Position numbers and translations under genes: made by a program
In this document: positions 50,867 through 62,835 of the stretch, piece after piece
Numbering within the stretch: the first letter of the stretch is position 1
Layout: the number at the start of each line of letters is the position of its first letter
Notes under the pieces: generated by a model
What the model saw: only the letters and a program-made list of their open reading frames with translations
Databases searched by the model: none
Told to the model about the DNA's origin: nothing
From: Somniosus microcephalus
Taxonomy: Eukaryota
DNA: 64,000 nt
Direction: 5' to 3'
Assembly: GCA_052327205.1 (NCBI GenBank)
Contig: JBMRGM010000035.1
Span: 130,138,001-130,202,000 of the forward strand

Positions 50867-53800
50867 GTAATTGCATACAGGAAACAAGTAAAATTCACTG
50901 GAAATCTGATATGTGAAAGAAAGTGTAAATGGGGTAAACTTTCAACTTGCGACCAGGGTTAAAACTGGCATTGGGGATGAATGGAAATAACAATCCAATA
51001 GTTTCTCGCATGATGATCCAGGAGGACGGTGAAGTTTAACTTCACCGGGGAGAAAACGGAGTAGCGGATCGGCTGTCATAGTGGCCCAGATATTCCGATC
51101 GCAGGCCTCCTGCGGGTGGAGGACTGCGATCTGGAAAAATCTGCGCCCTGACCTGAGGGCTCCTGTGAGGCGCACAATTCTGCTGCTGGGCCTCACCAAA
51201 CTTCCGGATTGCAGGGCCCACGTATCCCAGAGGCGCAGGTAGTTCGCAGCCTCCCTGGGATCACGTGGGCCATGGGGAGCCAATCAGAGAAGGGAATCTC
51301 CCTTCATACATTTGACCTGTCAAATATATGAATGAAGATCACCCCAAAACATAGTAAAACTTCAAATAAATTGAATAAAAAATCACATTTTTTAAATGAC
51401 TTGAAAGTCCAATGAATTAACTATTTTAAAAAAAACTTTTAATTTTTGAAAAAAATAATTTAAGTTTTTTACGGGACTAAAAATAAACTTACCTTTTCTT
51501 AAAGTATTTTTAAATGATAAATCAGTGGAAAAAAATTATTTCTTACCTTTTTCAACTCTTATCCTGGCAAAAGCAGGCCTTACGCCTGGTTTTACCAGGC
51601 GCAAGAATTGTAAGTGTTTCCTGCGGGCGGAGGGTCTCCAAAAAGCAGAACTCTCCGCCCGCAGAGGCCCTTCTTGACAGATCAAAAATGCCGGTTTCCA
51701 GCGCATGGGCAGTGCATGCCTGACACCGGCATTTCTGATGTCCCTCTGGGTGGGTAAACAGCGCGTACCCACCCATAGGGATCGCAATATACGGCCCTAT
51801 ATTTTGCCTTAAAAGGAAAATCAGGCGGGGTGTATAACAAACGGCCGTTGGGCTGCGTCCCGTTCTGCACCTCTGTCGAAATTGAATTTTACCCCACACA
51901 ACCCAGTTTCACGACCAGGCAGCAATTTAAACATGTAACCTATGCACCAACCATGCTTTGACATACATTCATTGCATTGATTTGTTATGAGGTCCTATAA
52001 CAGGCACCACAACAGTTTAATAGTCATCCAGGCACATTATCAGATTGGCACCGAGATGTAAAACAAGCATTGCGAATTAACGCCTTTTATACAAACTCTC
52101 TGATTTTAATTTCCATATTTTGTAAATAAATCGCTTACAACTCACTGTTCTCAATCTGGGGCAATGAAAATCGTGGATTAAGTATCACGCCCTTCGACCA
52201 ATAGAAATAAATATTAAAACGTTAAACGTGAAAATAATTGATATAACTACCTAGTGTCATATAAGTGCATTGCAGAAAGCGCAACACTAGTAGAAAGTTT
52301 AAAAATTGCTGGTAAGAACTAACAAATCGGTAGCCATTAAAAAAGACTGTTATGCTCTTAACATATTTTTCGCCATTATAATAATGAAAATGTTGTTTTC
52401 TAAAACTATTACCAGGTGTTAGCTCGTGTTAACAAAACTCCTGTAACAAAAGACAGTCCTGTATAGATGCTACAATATTCACAGTTTGTGCTAATTGGAA
52501 ACTCAGTACGCAATGTTGCATCATTTAACATATCATGAATAGATGTATTCCACAATGCGCAAAATAACTCACATTTATCGCTTTCATTTTTGTTGTTTGC
52601 TATACCAGAACGCATGCTTAAAGAAAAAGAGGAAGGTATACTCTTTAGCACATTCACCAACGTGAACCAATCCCTGCGTGTTCTCGAATCACTTAGCAAA
52701 ATGCGACCAAGAATACATTTGTGCTACAACACGAAGTCTTTTTCTATATCGGGCCTTATGGAGATACACATAGTCACTTTAATACAACTGAACGTTCCTA
52801 AATTGGTACCAGAAATACAATTGGAGAGTGGCAGAGTCCATTTATAAAAACTGAAGTGCTCCTCAGATGGCTTGGCCATCTATATAAAGCATAGCTCAGC
52901 CAATGAGAGCAGTTAAGTTCCAGGTTCTATCCCAGTATGTGTTGAGTGATATGATGGGGTGAATTTTCAAATTAACGGCCACGTGGAAAACAGGTGGCCG
53001 AGGTCTGCCCGCGATTTACACGCCGTTCAATTTAGTTGAACTTGTAGTCAATGAAGGGTATAATCTAAGGGGATAATGTTGTCTTCTAGCAACAGTGAAA
53101 AACTGCGATATCGGATTGCCCACCTAGTATACATCTCTCCCGATTTTCCTTTCTATTGCAGTACAATACACAGCTGATCCGACAACGTCCAGCTTACATT
53201 ATCGTCCAAAGTCAATATTATCCGTGGCACTGTAAAATGGGTGTATGGTCTGAAATCGCCCGTTCCTGCCGGGAGGGTTAGGTGAGAGTTACAGCTTAAT
53301 GTTCTGTTCTTTACTGTTGAGTCAAAATACCGAAACCATAGCGCACAACGCAATGTCATATAGATAGACTAGCTGCAGTACTGCAAGTTTTAATTTCCAC
53401 TCTGCAGGAATATCGGGTCATTAAAGTACAACACGTAAAAAGAAAGCAGTAAATGGAGAAACAAACTGAATTCACGGTAGATAATTAAACTCAAGTTTTT
53501 GATCTTTCATTCAGAATTGAAAAAAATAATTGAAACTCTAACTGATAAAGGTGAGTATAACAAATAGCTAGTATTTACTTTAACATTTGTGAAAACTTTT
53601 ATACATATTTAATGGGATTTAACGCTGCTTCAAGGAGGCTCTTTAAATTAATAAAATGTCTATTGCATAAATGGCAAAGGAGTGCGTTCAATACAGTATT
53701 TTCTGTAACAATTTCATTCAAATATATAATCACTGTATTAGCTGTAGGTTATGCAATCCACGTTATTCCATTAATTCGTTTCATGTCAGTTGGAAAATGT

Positions 53801-56800
53801 ATATATTCCCTGCCAATACTGTGCATTTATTGCTCTTTTATTATTCATCAACAGAAAATTTACTCAGTCTGCAAGAGAAAGGTGTCTACTTCAAAAATGG
53901 GTTGTGTTGGTTATACTGTAAGGCCATAACAGAGGTTTCTGCCTTTAGTTACCAGGTCGTAAATGTCTTGTTTTGCACACTTTGTACAAAACTAATAACT
54001 TGCAGGACAACGGAGCATTACAGTTTAAGTCTTTTAATAAGCATTAGGTCTGATCTTACTCATAACACCACCATGGGGAAAAACATGGCGTTAGGACCCC
54101 TAGCCTGGGTCTTCAAACAATAGTAGTCCTTACAGATGCCTGCAGGCCAATGACAACTCAGCATGTGATCACATGTGAATATAATAGGTATTCCTTACAG
54201 ATGCCTGCGGGCCAATGATAATTCAATATGCAAATGTGACATCCCCTTTCTTTTAAAAGAAAAATGTTATGCATTACTTTTAAACCTTTCTTCTACATAA
54301 TGTTCTCGGTAGCATAAACATATAAGTAAACTCAGCATTTAACTAGCACTGAAAACATCTCAACGTTTAAATAACGATGTAGTTTTTTTTTAGGGCAGCG
54401 ATCCGCCTACACCCTTTGACAGTACACAAGTCAAGGATAACTCTAGGCTTGACCTCTCGTCCCGACCTTGTGTGGTATGGAACTGAGCATGCTCCTGAAT
54501 CGGTCAACAATGCAGGTTCAGGTTTAGGTTCAGGTAAATATGATGTGTTTTGTGTATTGCTCTGTTCATCACACTCTGTTGAACTGATCCTCTCGTCGGA
54601 ATGACGGTGTTGTTCCTTGGTGTTCAGGCGGTGCCTGTGATTGCAGCGGTACACCTGTCCTTCTGGGGTGTGGATGTGATACGATCACTCAGTGTCAGCT
54701 GGCTGGATGACGACTGCTGGCTTCCAGTAGTCATGCTCCTGGATTCTGATGGATTCTCCATTGTGCAGCGACGGCAGTAGTCTAGCTCACCTGTCATCGT
54801 ATCGCTTTTGGTGTTGCTGTCTCTGTACATGTTTTGCATGCACTTGCTTGCAGGTGACGACCTCTGGCTGCAGCTGCTGGTTGGTGCTTGGAAGGATTGC
54901 GCGAAGTCTGTGGCTCATCAACAGCTGTGCTGGTGACTTCAAGTTGGCAACTGGAGTGTTGCGGTACTCAAGGAGACTGATGTAGGGGTCTCTGTTGTCT
55001 GCTTTGGCTTTGTCCATGAGTGTTTCTGCAATCTGGACAGTTTTTACAGCACGGCCATTACTTTGAGGGTAATGTGGGTTTGATGTGACATGTGTGAAAT
55101 CCCATGCCTTGGCAAATGACTCAAACTCTTTTGATTTGTATTGGGGGCCATTGCCTGAGACTAAAGTTCCTACCATGTCATGCCTGGCAAAGGCTGCCTT
55201 TAGCTTGTGGATCACAGCTGCAGATGTGGTGCTGTGAAGCTTGTCCAGTTCAAAAAACCTGCTCTAGTAATCAACAGTCACTATGTAGTCCTCGTTGTTC
55301 CATGTGCACAGATCCGTTGCCGCGACCTGCCAGGGCCTGTCTGGGATACGGTGAGGTATCATGGGCTCTTTGACATTTGCTGGGCGGTGTTCTAGGCAAA
55401 TGGAACATTTTCCGACAATGTCCTCAATGTGTTTGCACATTCCGGGCCAAAACATAAATTCACGTGCTCTTTGTTTGCATTTTTCTATACCCATATGTCC
55501 AGCAAGAATTTTTGTCAACATCTCTTCTCTGAGACTGGTAGGAATGGTGATTTTCTCCCGTTTGAAGACGATTCTGTTGTTTTGTGACTGTTCATCTCTG
55601 TGGTTCCAGAATTCAGATATGCTCTGAGGGCATTTCCTCCTTTCCTCAGGCCATCCTTCATGTATGACCTTGCTCAGCAATGTGAGTTGTGCATCTTTCT
55701 CTGTTCTTGCTCGGATCTCCTTCAGTTTTGTGTCACTCACAGGTAAGCTGTTGTAAACCATGTGCACCTGCACATCCATGCCTTCACTGCGGCTGCTGTC
55801 CTGGTAGCTAAGAGACTTTCTGGAGAGTGTGTCTGCGACAGGAATGTCTTTGCCTGGACGGTGAATGATTGTGAAGTCGTACTTCTGTAGCTGAAGGATC
55901 ATTCTCTGTAGCCTTGGTGGGGCTGCAGCTAGTGGTTTCCTCATGATTGACTCAAGGGGCTTGTGGTCGTATTCCACAATGACTTGTCGGCCATAGACAT
56001 ACTGGTGGAAACGCTTACATCCAATCAGAATTGCATATAGCTCTTTCTTGATTTGAGCATAGTTGATTCCACTGTCTGTGAGAGACCTGGAAGCGTAGCC
56101 AATGGGCTTTCCTTCTTGCAGTAATACTGCACCTAGTCCATACTTTGATGTGTCCACTTGAAGTCTCAGCTCTTTGTTGGGATCGAAATAGGCAAGAGCT
56201 GGTTCTGGTTCTCTGGTGATTAGGTGTTTCATTTTGTGAAATGCTGTGTCATGCTGTTTGTCCCACAGGAACTCATTGCATTGTTTGAGCAACTGACGCA
56301 TGGGTGCATTGATTTCGGAGAGGCTTGGGGCAAACTTGGCTGAATAGTTAACCATTCCTAGTACTGTCTCTCGCTCTGTGCGGTTCTTCGGCGGCTCCAC
56401 CTTCTTGATGGTGGAGATTTTCTCTGGATCCGGCTTAATGCCATCAGTTGAGAGGCGATGCCCGAAATAACTGATCTTGGTGGATCCGACTATGCTTTTC
56501 TCGGGGATGAGCCAGATACCTTTCTCCCGTGATCTTTGTAGTATCACACGGAGGTTCCTGTCATGTTCCTCTCTATTCCTGCCATAGATGAGGATGTCAT
56601 CTACGATTGTGACTACTCCGTCAAGGCCTTCATATGTTTTGTCGATCTTCCACTGGAATTCATCCTGAGCTGAGATAAGACCAAATGGTAAACGCAGAAA
56701 TCGGTAGCGGTCAAATGGTGTGTTGAACGTTGTTAGCTTAGATGACTCTTCCGTGAGCTTGATAGCCCAGTATCCTGATCGTGCGTCCATTACACTGAAG

Positions 56801-59800
56801 TAACGTGCTCCCACTAGCTTGGGTGTGATGTCATCTAACGTTGGTAGAGGGTAGTGAGGGCATTTGATAGCCTTGTTCAAATCTCTGGGGTCGAGACAGA
56901 CTCTCAGCTTGCCTGTACATGGTTTCTCAACCACTACTAACGCGTTTACCCACTCTGTCGGTTCTGTTTCCTGGACGATGATTCCTGTATTCTCCATGCT
57001 CTGCAGCTCCTCCTTCAGGCAACTGCGTAGAGCAAGGGGTATCCTTCTCAGTGGGCAAACCACAGGGGTTGCTGCCAGGTCAAGGTGAATAGTGCATTCA
57101 CCTGGGAATAGTCCGATTCCTTTGAAAACGTCAGCAAACTCCTCCATGACTGTCTGCTTCTCAAGTGGTGCTGTCAATGATAGCACTAGCTTGACGAGGT
57201 CCATGTCTAAACATGCCTTTAGACCTAGCACTGGAGGTGCTCGAGTGTCAACAATGTAAAAGTCCAACATCATGTCACTTTCTTTGTACTTGCATTTCAT
57301 CACGCATGTGCCTTTTACAATGAGCTGCTCACCCCCATAGCTGGTCAGTCTGCGTGAGGTGGGCTGTAGCTCACACTCATCCTTCAAGCTGTGATACTCA
57401 CTCAGAGGAATTACATGAGCCTGAGCTCCAGTGTCTAGTTTAAACCTAAGCTCTGTGCCCTGTTTCCTACCTCAATATCTGCAAAAGCTTGCTCAGTCTC
57501 TGAAATCTGTTTTTTCTGTGACACAGAATCAATAAACAGTTCCTCTGCATTTGACTATCTGGCATTTGGCTGTCACTCACTGTGTGTACTGCTCTTCAAA
57601 AAACAGTCCTGCAAACTTTAGCAAAGTGGTTTCGTTTACCACATTTAGCATATTGCCTTCTTTTGGCAGGGCAATGCTCCTTTTCTCCATGCCAGTTGTT
57701 TCCACAATATCCACAGTTTTTGAAGCGTTTTATGTCTGTGTCGCCCATTTTTAGAACTCTCTCTATTCTTTCTGTTCTGAAACACGCTCTCTGGGCGGTG
57801 TTCTTTGGTGTGTGTCTATTAACTGCGTGCACTGTCTGTTCCTGTGAGCTGCTTGTGGCGCTGGTTATGGTTTTCAACTGTGCTTGGGCTATCTCGTGCG
57901 ATCTAGCTATGTCCATAGCTTTGTCCAGTGTTAGCCCGGACCCAACATTCAAAAATTTCTCTCTCACTTTAGCTGAATGTATTCCAAACACGATGCGGTC
58001 TCTGACCATCTCATCTTTATCTGCATATTCACAGTCTTTTACCAGCAGTTTTAACTCAGTCACGAAATGTTCAAACGACTCACTAGCTCATTGTACTTTC
58101 TCCTGAAACTTGTATCCAGCGAATATCGTGTTTGTCTTGGGCATCACATATGCTTCAAAACGGTCAAAATAACTTTTCAGTACCTTTGCTTCATCCGCGG
58201 TGAGAGACCATGTGTTAAAAATGTCTCTCACTTTTTCTCCGATCCACAGGAGTAGGTAGCTGCATCTTTCTTCCTCCCCTTTGCTTTTCAGCGGACCCAA
58301 GAACATCAACTCTACGTGTTGCTTGAAGTTGCGCCATTCTACAGGTAAGTTCAAAGATTCCCAATCGGTTCGAGGCAAGGGAACTCCAACGATGTCCATT
58401 TGAAATCCCTGTTCTGACACCATGTCTTGTTTTGCACACTTTGTACAATGATAATTCAATATGTAAATGTTACAGTAAAGATGTCTCAAATATGGCGCTG
58501 TCAAAGCTAATTTGCCCCGATCCTTTCTGTTATTATTGTTTCTTACTCCTATTGCGGGTCTTGTTGCTGTCCCTCAATAGTCGTGGTCCCACTCCCACCT
58601 GACCTTTCTCATCAGTGATATCAAGCTCAAGACTCTTTTGCAGGTCTTCATTGTAAACAGAACAATACGCTGCAATCATTCTTCAGATTGTGCTATTGTA
58701 TTGCAACACGTTCACAACCATACAGACAGCAGACACGCACGGCTATAATGTGGTTTGAGATGATGCTGATGGGAGCATGGGTGCCACTGTAGCTCTTCTA
58801 TGCGTGTTATTGCAGCATCCAGACAGTTTTTATAAGCCATTAATATGGAGTATATCAACTAAATTTGTTTTTGATTGTCTTTTCAGAACTAGAATATCTG
58901 CGAGAAAGTTTAAAAAGCATAAGTGAGCAACAACACTAGTTGCTAATTACTTAAACATTCAGGATGAAATAGTTTAGCTTATTATTGCATGGTGACGTAT
59001 TGATTTATGGTTGTTGTCAAACGAATACAGAACGGTTTAAGATATTTACAATTTTATGAAAATTGCCCTTTTGTTGTAATATTGTTCTGTCTACATCCTG
59101 GTCAAATATAAGTAGCCTGTAAAAGATAATTGACGAGGGGTCGCAGCCGATATGATTAAACTTTGTTTGCCCTGTAGCCTCATTTCCTTTCCAGTGTGAA
59201 GTGATAAGTAGCAGCAACTGTTGTAGCTCATTGCACTGCACCACGCAGACATGTATTTACACAGGGGTAGCTGCAACAACATGATCTCTGAATAACATTT
59301 ATAGATGCTTTGTTCATTCTTGTTTCTGGTGTCCTGTATGATTTGATTCCCTTTGAGTTATTGAGGTTCACTCAATTACATAGTAGGATAACTGTGTCGA
59401 GCCCGTCTGCTGCTTTGAACCTGCAAATTAAGTTGTTCTGCTAATGCTTTGAAAGTAGATTCCTTAGTTATTTTGAAAAATGCATTGGTTTGTTTATCTT
59501 CCAATAATATTCTAGGCACGGCATAATATTCTGCACTTCTCAGTTGCTCACCATAAGGGAAATCATAATTTTTGTTTCCTTCAATATTGAAGCATTTTTT
59601 TAAAAATGCAATGGCCTCCATATGGTCAGATGGTAGGAACTACATAAAGTATTGCAAAATGCGCCTATCCCAGACCTTGTACTGGAATAAAACTACTGTT
59701 GAGCTGTAGACTAATCAAAATAGTACAGTTATATAGATATTGCTGGCTCCTCTTTGTGCTACTAAGCTTTGGGATGCCATTTTGAAAGATTTTCCTGCAA

Positions 59801-62237
59801 TGCATACGAAATATTGCTATCATTAGGCTGCATCATTTTTCATACTCTTTCGGTCGATTTTCATTCACCTCCCCTTTGCGTAGAGTGGCAAAAGGGAGCT
59901 AGCAGGATGAAAATGGGAGTGTATTACATCACTCCTTTTCCACTGATGTCAGTGTCTTCCCATTTTGCTGGGAGTCCTCAAATCCACGGCCCATCGCTCG
60001 TGGAAAGTGAGCCCAAGGCTCATTAGCTCCAGCAAATCGGAGCCCTATGAAGTCACTGAATCTCCTTCAATAAAGTTACAAAGAAAAATATTATTTCAAA
60101 TATTTTCTGCTTATCCTAGACGCACATAAATCGCCCCCTCCCAATGCGCGATGCACAGTGGCATCCCCTTTGGATTGCTCCACTCCGCTGACTGGCCTCC
60201 ATGGTATAGCCGCCCGACTTTCTGTCTTTTCATGGGCAGATTGCTTTTGGAAAGTGCCAGCTGCTGATTCATAAAAGCAATGCAAGTCCGGCCATGAGTT
60301 GGTTTGAACACGACAGTCTAGCTCTTCTCCCCGTCACCCTATGGAACCGTTCATTTGCATATCGTTCCCTTGACTTTATTTGATGACTCCATACTAATCA
60401 TCTTACGTTAATGTTCACGGTAGTGAATTGAGGAGTAGAATTTCATCTTTATTGTTTTGGCGGTAAGTGTGGCTTGGGCGAGCAAAGAAAGGAAAATCAA
60501 GCGAAGGGCACAGTGTGCCTCTAACAAAATCTATTGAATTTTCCTTAATTTCAATAGAAGGAAATTCAGACACCAGTGTGTGATAGACCCACCCAAGTTT
60601 CCTTCTTCACTCTGCGCTGGTGATGTTTAACGTTCCAAGTGTCAAGTGGAAACTTGGTGCCTCTGGAATGTTGCTCTCTTACTCATTATTTAATATACAT
60701 GCCAAAGTCATATGATCCATATAGCTGCATTCGTTGCTTCAGAATCTGATTTAGGAACGAAAACTGTATTTATTCCGGAAAGTGACTTCTTAGCATATCC
60801 TCAGCTATTTTCCCAGTCAATATATGTATAATTAGAAAATTCCATGGTCGGCATTCTGTTCATTGAATTAACTGTACTATCCAAGAATTGTTTACATGTG
60901 TATCCTATCCCTTTAATCCCAGGTATCCATAACAGAAAGACTTGTTTGTTGTCTGAAAAGCTGTTCCTCATTGTATTTGTAATTGCAACATTGTGTGACT
61001 TTTTTAATCCACGCTCCATGGTCAGTGCACCTCTAAAATTTCTTCTTTGTCATTCTAAGATTCAAGTAATGGCTGGGTTCGCATTGCCCATCGCACAGAC
61101 TCAAAGACATACTCTAACCTATTCCAGAACATCAAATCTATAGGTTAATACCCATACCTCTGTTCTACCCACAAGGTTCATGTTTCTAAAACCAAATGGG
61201 TTAAATCTGCACTACCAAAACTTGATGAAAACCTATTATTAGAAAGGTTGATAACAAACTCATGAATTTGATGCCCTCTAGGTTACACCACCGATATTAA
61301 ATAGGCTAAACCTATTGCAATCAAACTCTGTTTCGGCAGAAGAGCTGTTAAGTTCGTAATGATTTCTTGTGTATTACTCTTTTTTTTAATGGAAACTGAG
61401 GAACTTACAACTAACGTCAAAAGGTTGATGTAATCATCTCTGGGTGCTTCACTAAATTGTGCTAAGAATAGGTTTTATCAGGTACTTTTCTTATATCAAT
61501 AAATGTTACAATATTATTTAGTGACTGTAAGCCACTATTATCATTAACGTCATTTCATTATATCATTTCACACAGCACCAATAAATGTTTCGATACAGTA
61601 TTGGATCCAAAATTTCTAGGCTAATGTTTCTGCTTTCAATTAATCTATCATAGTCAATACTTGTTAAGTAACAGCAAAAGATTTACTTTCTCAAGTTCTT
61701 CCCTTTTTGCACCTGATGCGGGGAATTCGGCAGTGAGTTCCCTTTGAAGATTAGAACGGACTATTCTTCAAAGGTCTCCATTTGGAGCTTTTTGCAACAG
61801 AGACATTAAAATTAATTCCCCTTGAAGCATCGAACAGCTGTGAAATCTGAAGTAGGCACAGCATAACTGAAGTGTTTTGATTTTATTTTTTAGGAGAAGG
61901 TACTACTGAAATAGCGCTGTCTGAGAAAGGTGACGAACAAAATAATTTTCTCATATTTAATCCATCATGCTGATTAATATGGCACTGTGATAATGTGGTA
62001 CAGCCCATTTCACTTGCACAGGAACTTATTCGGAAGTCATTTAATTTGTTTCTTAACCTATGCATTTTGCCAGCAAGATGCATCGATGGTGAACTATTCT
62101 GGCCATTTTGTTCATTCTGGATCCACCTTTGCTCCAAAATTCATTTGTTAAAACATAATTCAACAAAAGATTTTTTGCACGTTATAAACTATTTTATTCC
62201 CCTTTAACAGACAAAGCTCTCACTCAGAAAGACACGG
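50749..62237 (+). CDS. Copy B: paralogous microexon coiled-coil gene, 3' end outside the window (spliced; overall span given)
   Basis: MAAPVDEYINIGTEPFEENNLSQVYDGEDKAKYKSMSAK-ESATLVESLKIA-ERMLKEKEE-ELKKIIETLTDK-ENLLSLQEK-ELEYLRESLKSI-REGTTEIALSEK-DKALTQKDT, all in frame with AG/GT boundaries. Confidence 0.78.
51083..51797. mobile_element. Family-A MITE, right arm only
   Basis: TIRs GGCCCAGATATTCCGATC and GATCGCAATATACGGCCC. Confidence 0.85.
52276..52311 (+). CDS. Copy B 36-nt microexon (ESATLVESLKIA)
   Basis: CATTGCAG|...CTG|GTAAGA. Confidence 0.82.
52609..52635 (+). CDS. Copy B 27-nt microexon (ERMLKEKEE)
   Basis: TTTGCTATACCAG|...GAAG|GTATAC. Confidence 0.82.
53515..53550 (+). CDS. Copy B 36-nt microexon (ELKKIIETLTDK)
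   Basis: TCTTTCATTCAG|...AAAG|GTGAGT. Confidence 0.85.
53855..53881 (+). CDS. Copy B 27-nt microexon (ENLLSLQEK)
   Basis: TTCATCAACAG|...GAAAG|GTGTCT. Confidence 0.8.
55264..57387 (-). pseudogene. Gypsy pol fragment (RT-RNase H-integrase N-terminus)
   Basis: 707-aa ORF with LRVCLDPRDLN, LPFGL, IVDDILI, YAQIKKELYA and the GHMGIEKC zinc-binding region. The integrase core continues after a break at 54787-55215. Confidence 0.92.
57596..58402 (-). pseudogene. Gypsy gag, interrupted
   Basis: WRNFKQHVELMF, MVRDRIVFGI and CGYCG...CAKCGKRNHFAKVC-type zinc knuckles; stop between the two ORF pieces. Confidence 0.88.
58887..58922 (+). CDS. Copy B 36-nt microexon (ELEYLRESLKSI)
   Basis: TGTCTTTTCAG|...|GTGAGC. 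Confidence 0.88.
61894..61929 (+). CDS. Copy B 36-nt microexon (REGTTEIALSEK)
   Basis: TTTTATTTTTTAG|...GAAAG|GTGACG. Confidence 0.85.
62211..62237 (+). CDS. Copy B 27-nt microexon (DKALTQKDT)
   Basis: CCCCTTTAACAG|...|GTAAAT. Confidence 0.85.
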
Positions 62238-62835
62238 GTAAATGCTTATTAAGTTCAGTGCTTCCGAACATACTTTATTTTAAAGAGATAAGTTATTTGA
62301 ATATATGATATTGCAGAGCACAAAAGGGCAGATTTTGATCAAAGCTGCATGGGCGGAGGGCAGAAAGGCAAAATTGGCAGTTTCGTTAGCGTGACCCTCG
62401 TCACCAGATTTTCCTACTGTGCTCTGCCCAGACAATGCTTAACGCGCTCCAGTGCTAAATGCAAAAAGTTACACCAAACAGCATATTGGGCCTAGTAAGT
62501 GGGTGTTTTAACCTAAGAACCCAATTCAAATTGACAAGCAACCAACAAATTTCCTTTGATGGGATCTGATTCAGCAACAGGTTGTGGCAAATCAAATTCT
62601 AGCCACCCTCTGTGTAAATATTTTTGTAAGTTCTCTTTTAAATCTAGTTTTAATTTTCTTAAATGTGCTCTCAGTCTTTACTGTTTGGCACATCAGTGGA
62701 AACACTCTGGCCCACTAATAGAATCAAATTGGTCTAGTTTCTGCTCTTTACTAATTAAAAATCCATGGTAACATCCTGATGAATCTATTGCAACTTTCCA
62801 TTATTTTGATAAACTGCTTATGATAAGGAACATAA

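Larger units (their letters stand above)
53964..58474 (-). mobile_element. Near full-length Gypsy/Ty3 LTR retrotransposon (Mag-like), intronic in copy B
   Basis: TG...CA LTRs at 53964-54241 and 58423-58474 (the latter internally deleted); TSD GTAAA on both sides; PBS TGGTGTCAGAA; PPT AAAGAAAGGGGA; gag, protease, RT, RNase H and integrase pieces with stops/frameshifts. Confidence 0.95.
43949..62830. repeat. Right arm of large inverted segmental duplication
   Basis: Mirror of the left arm; the match can be followed until a Gypsy LTR begins at 62836. Confidence 0.95.

Noticed and set aside
52870-52950. Apparent TATA and CCAAT boxes conserved in both arms (mirror at ~31770-31830)
   Set aside because: Intronic, and followed by GTTCCAGGTTCTATCCC...GTGTTGAGT, which looks like a decayed tRNA-derived SINE head.
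25830-62830. Assembly fold-back artefact or a giant-TIR transposon
   Set aside because: The arms are substantially diverged with private insertions, contain spliced host exons, and the centre encodes no transposase.
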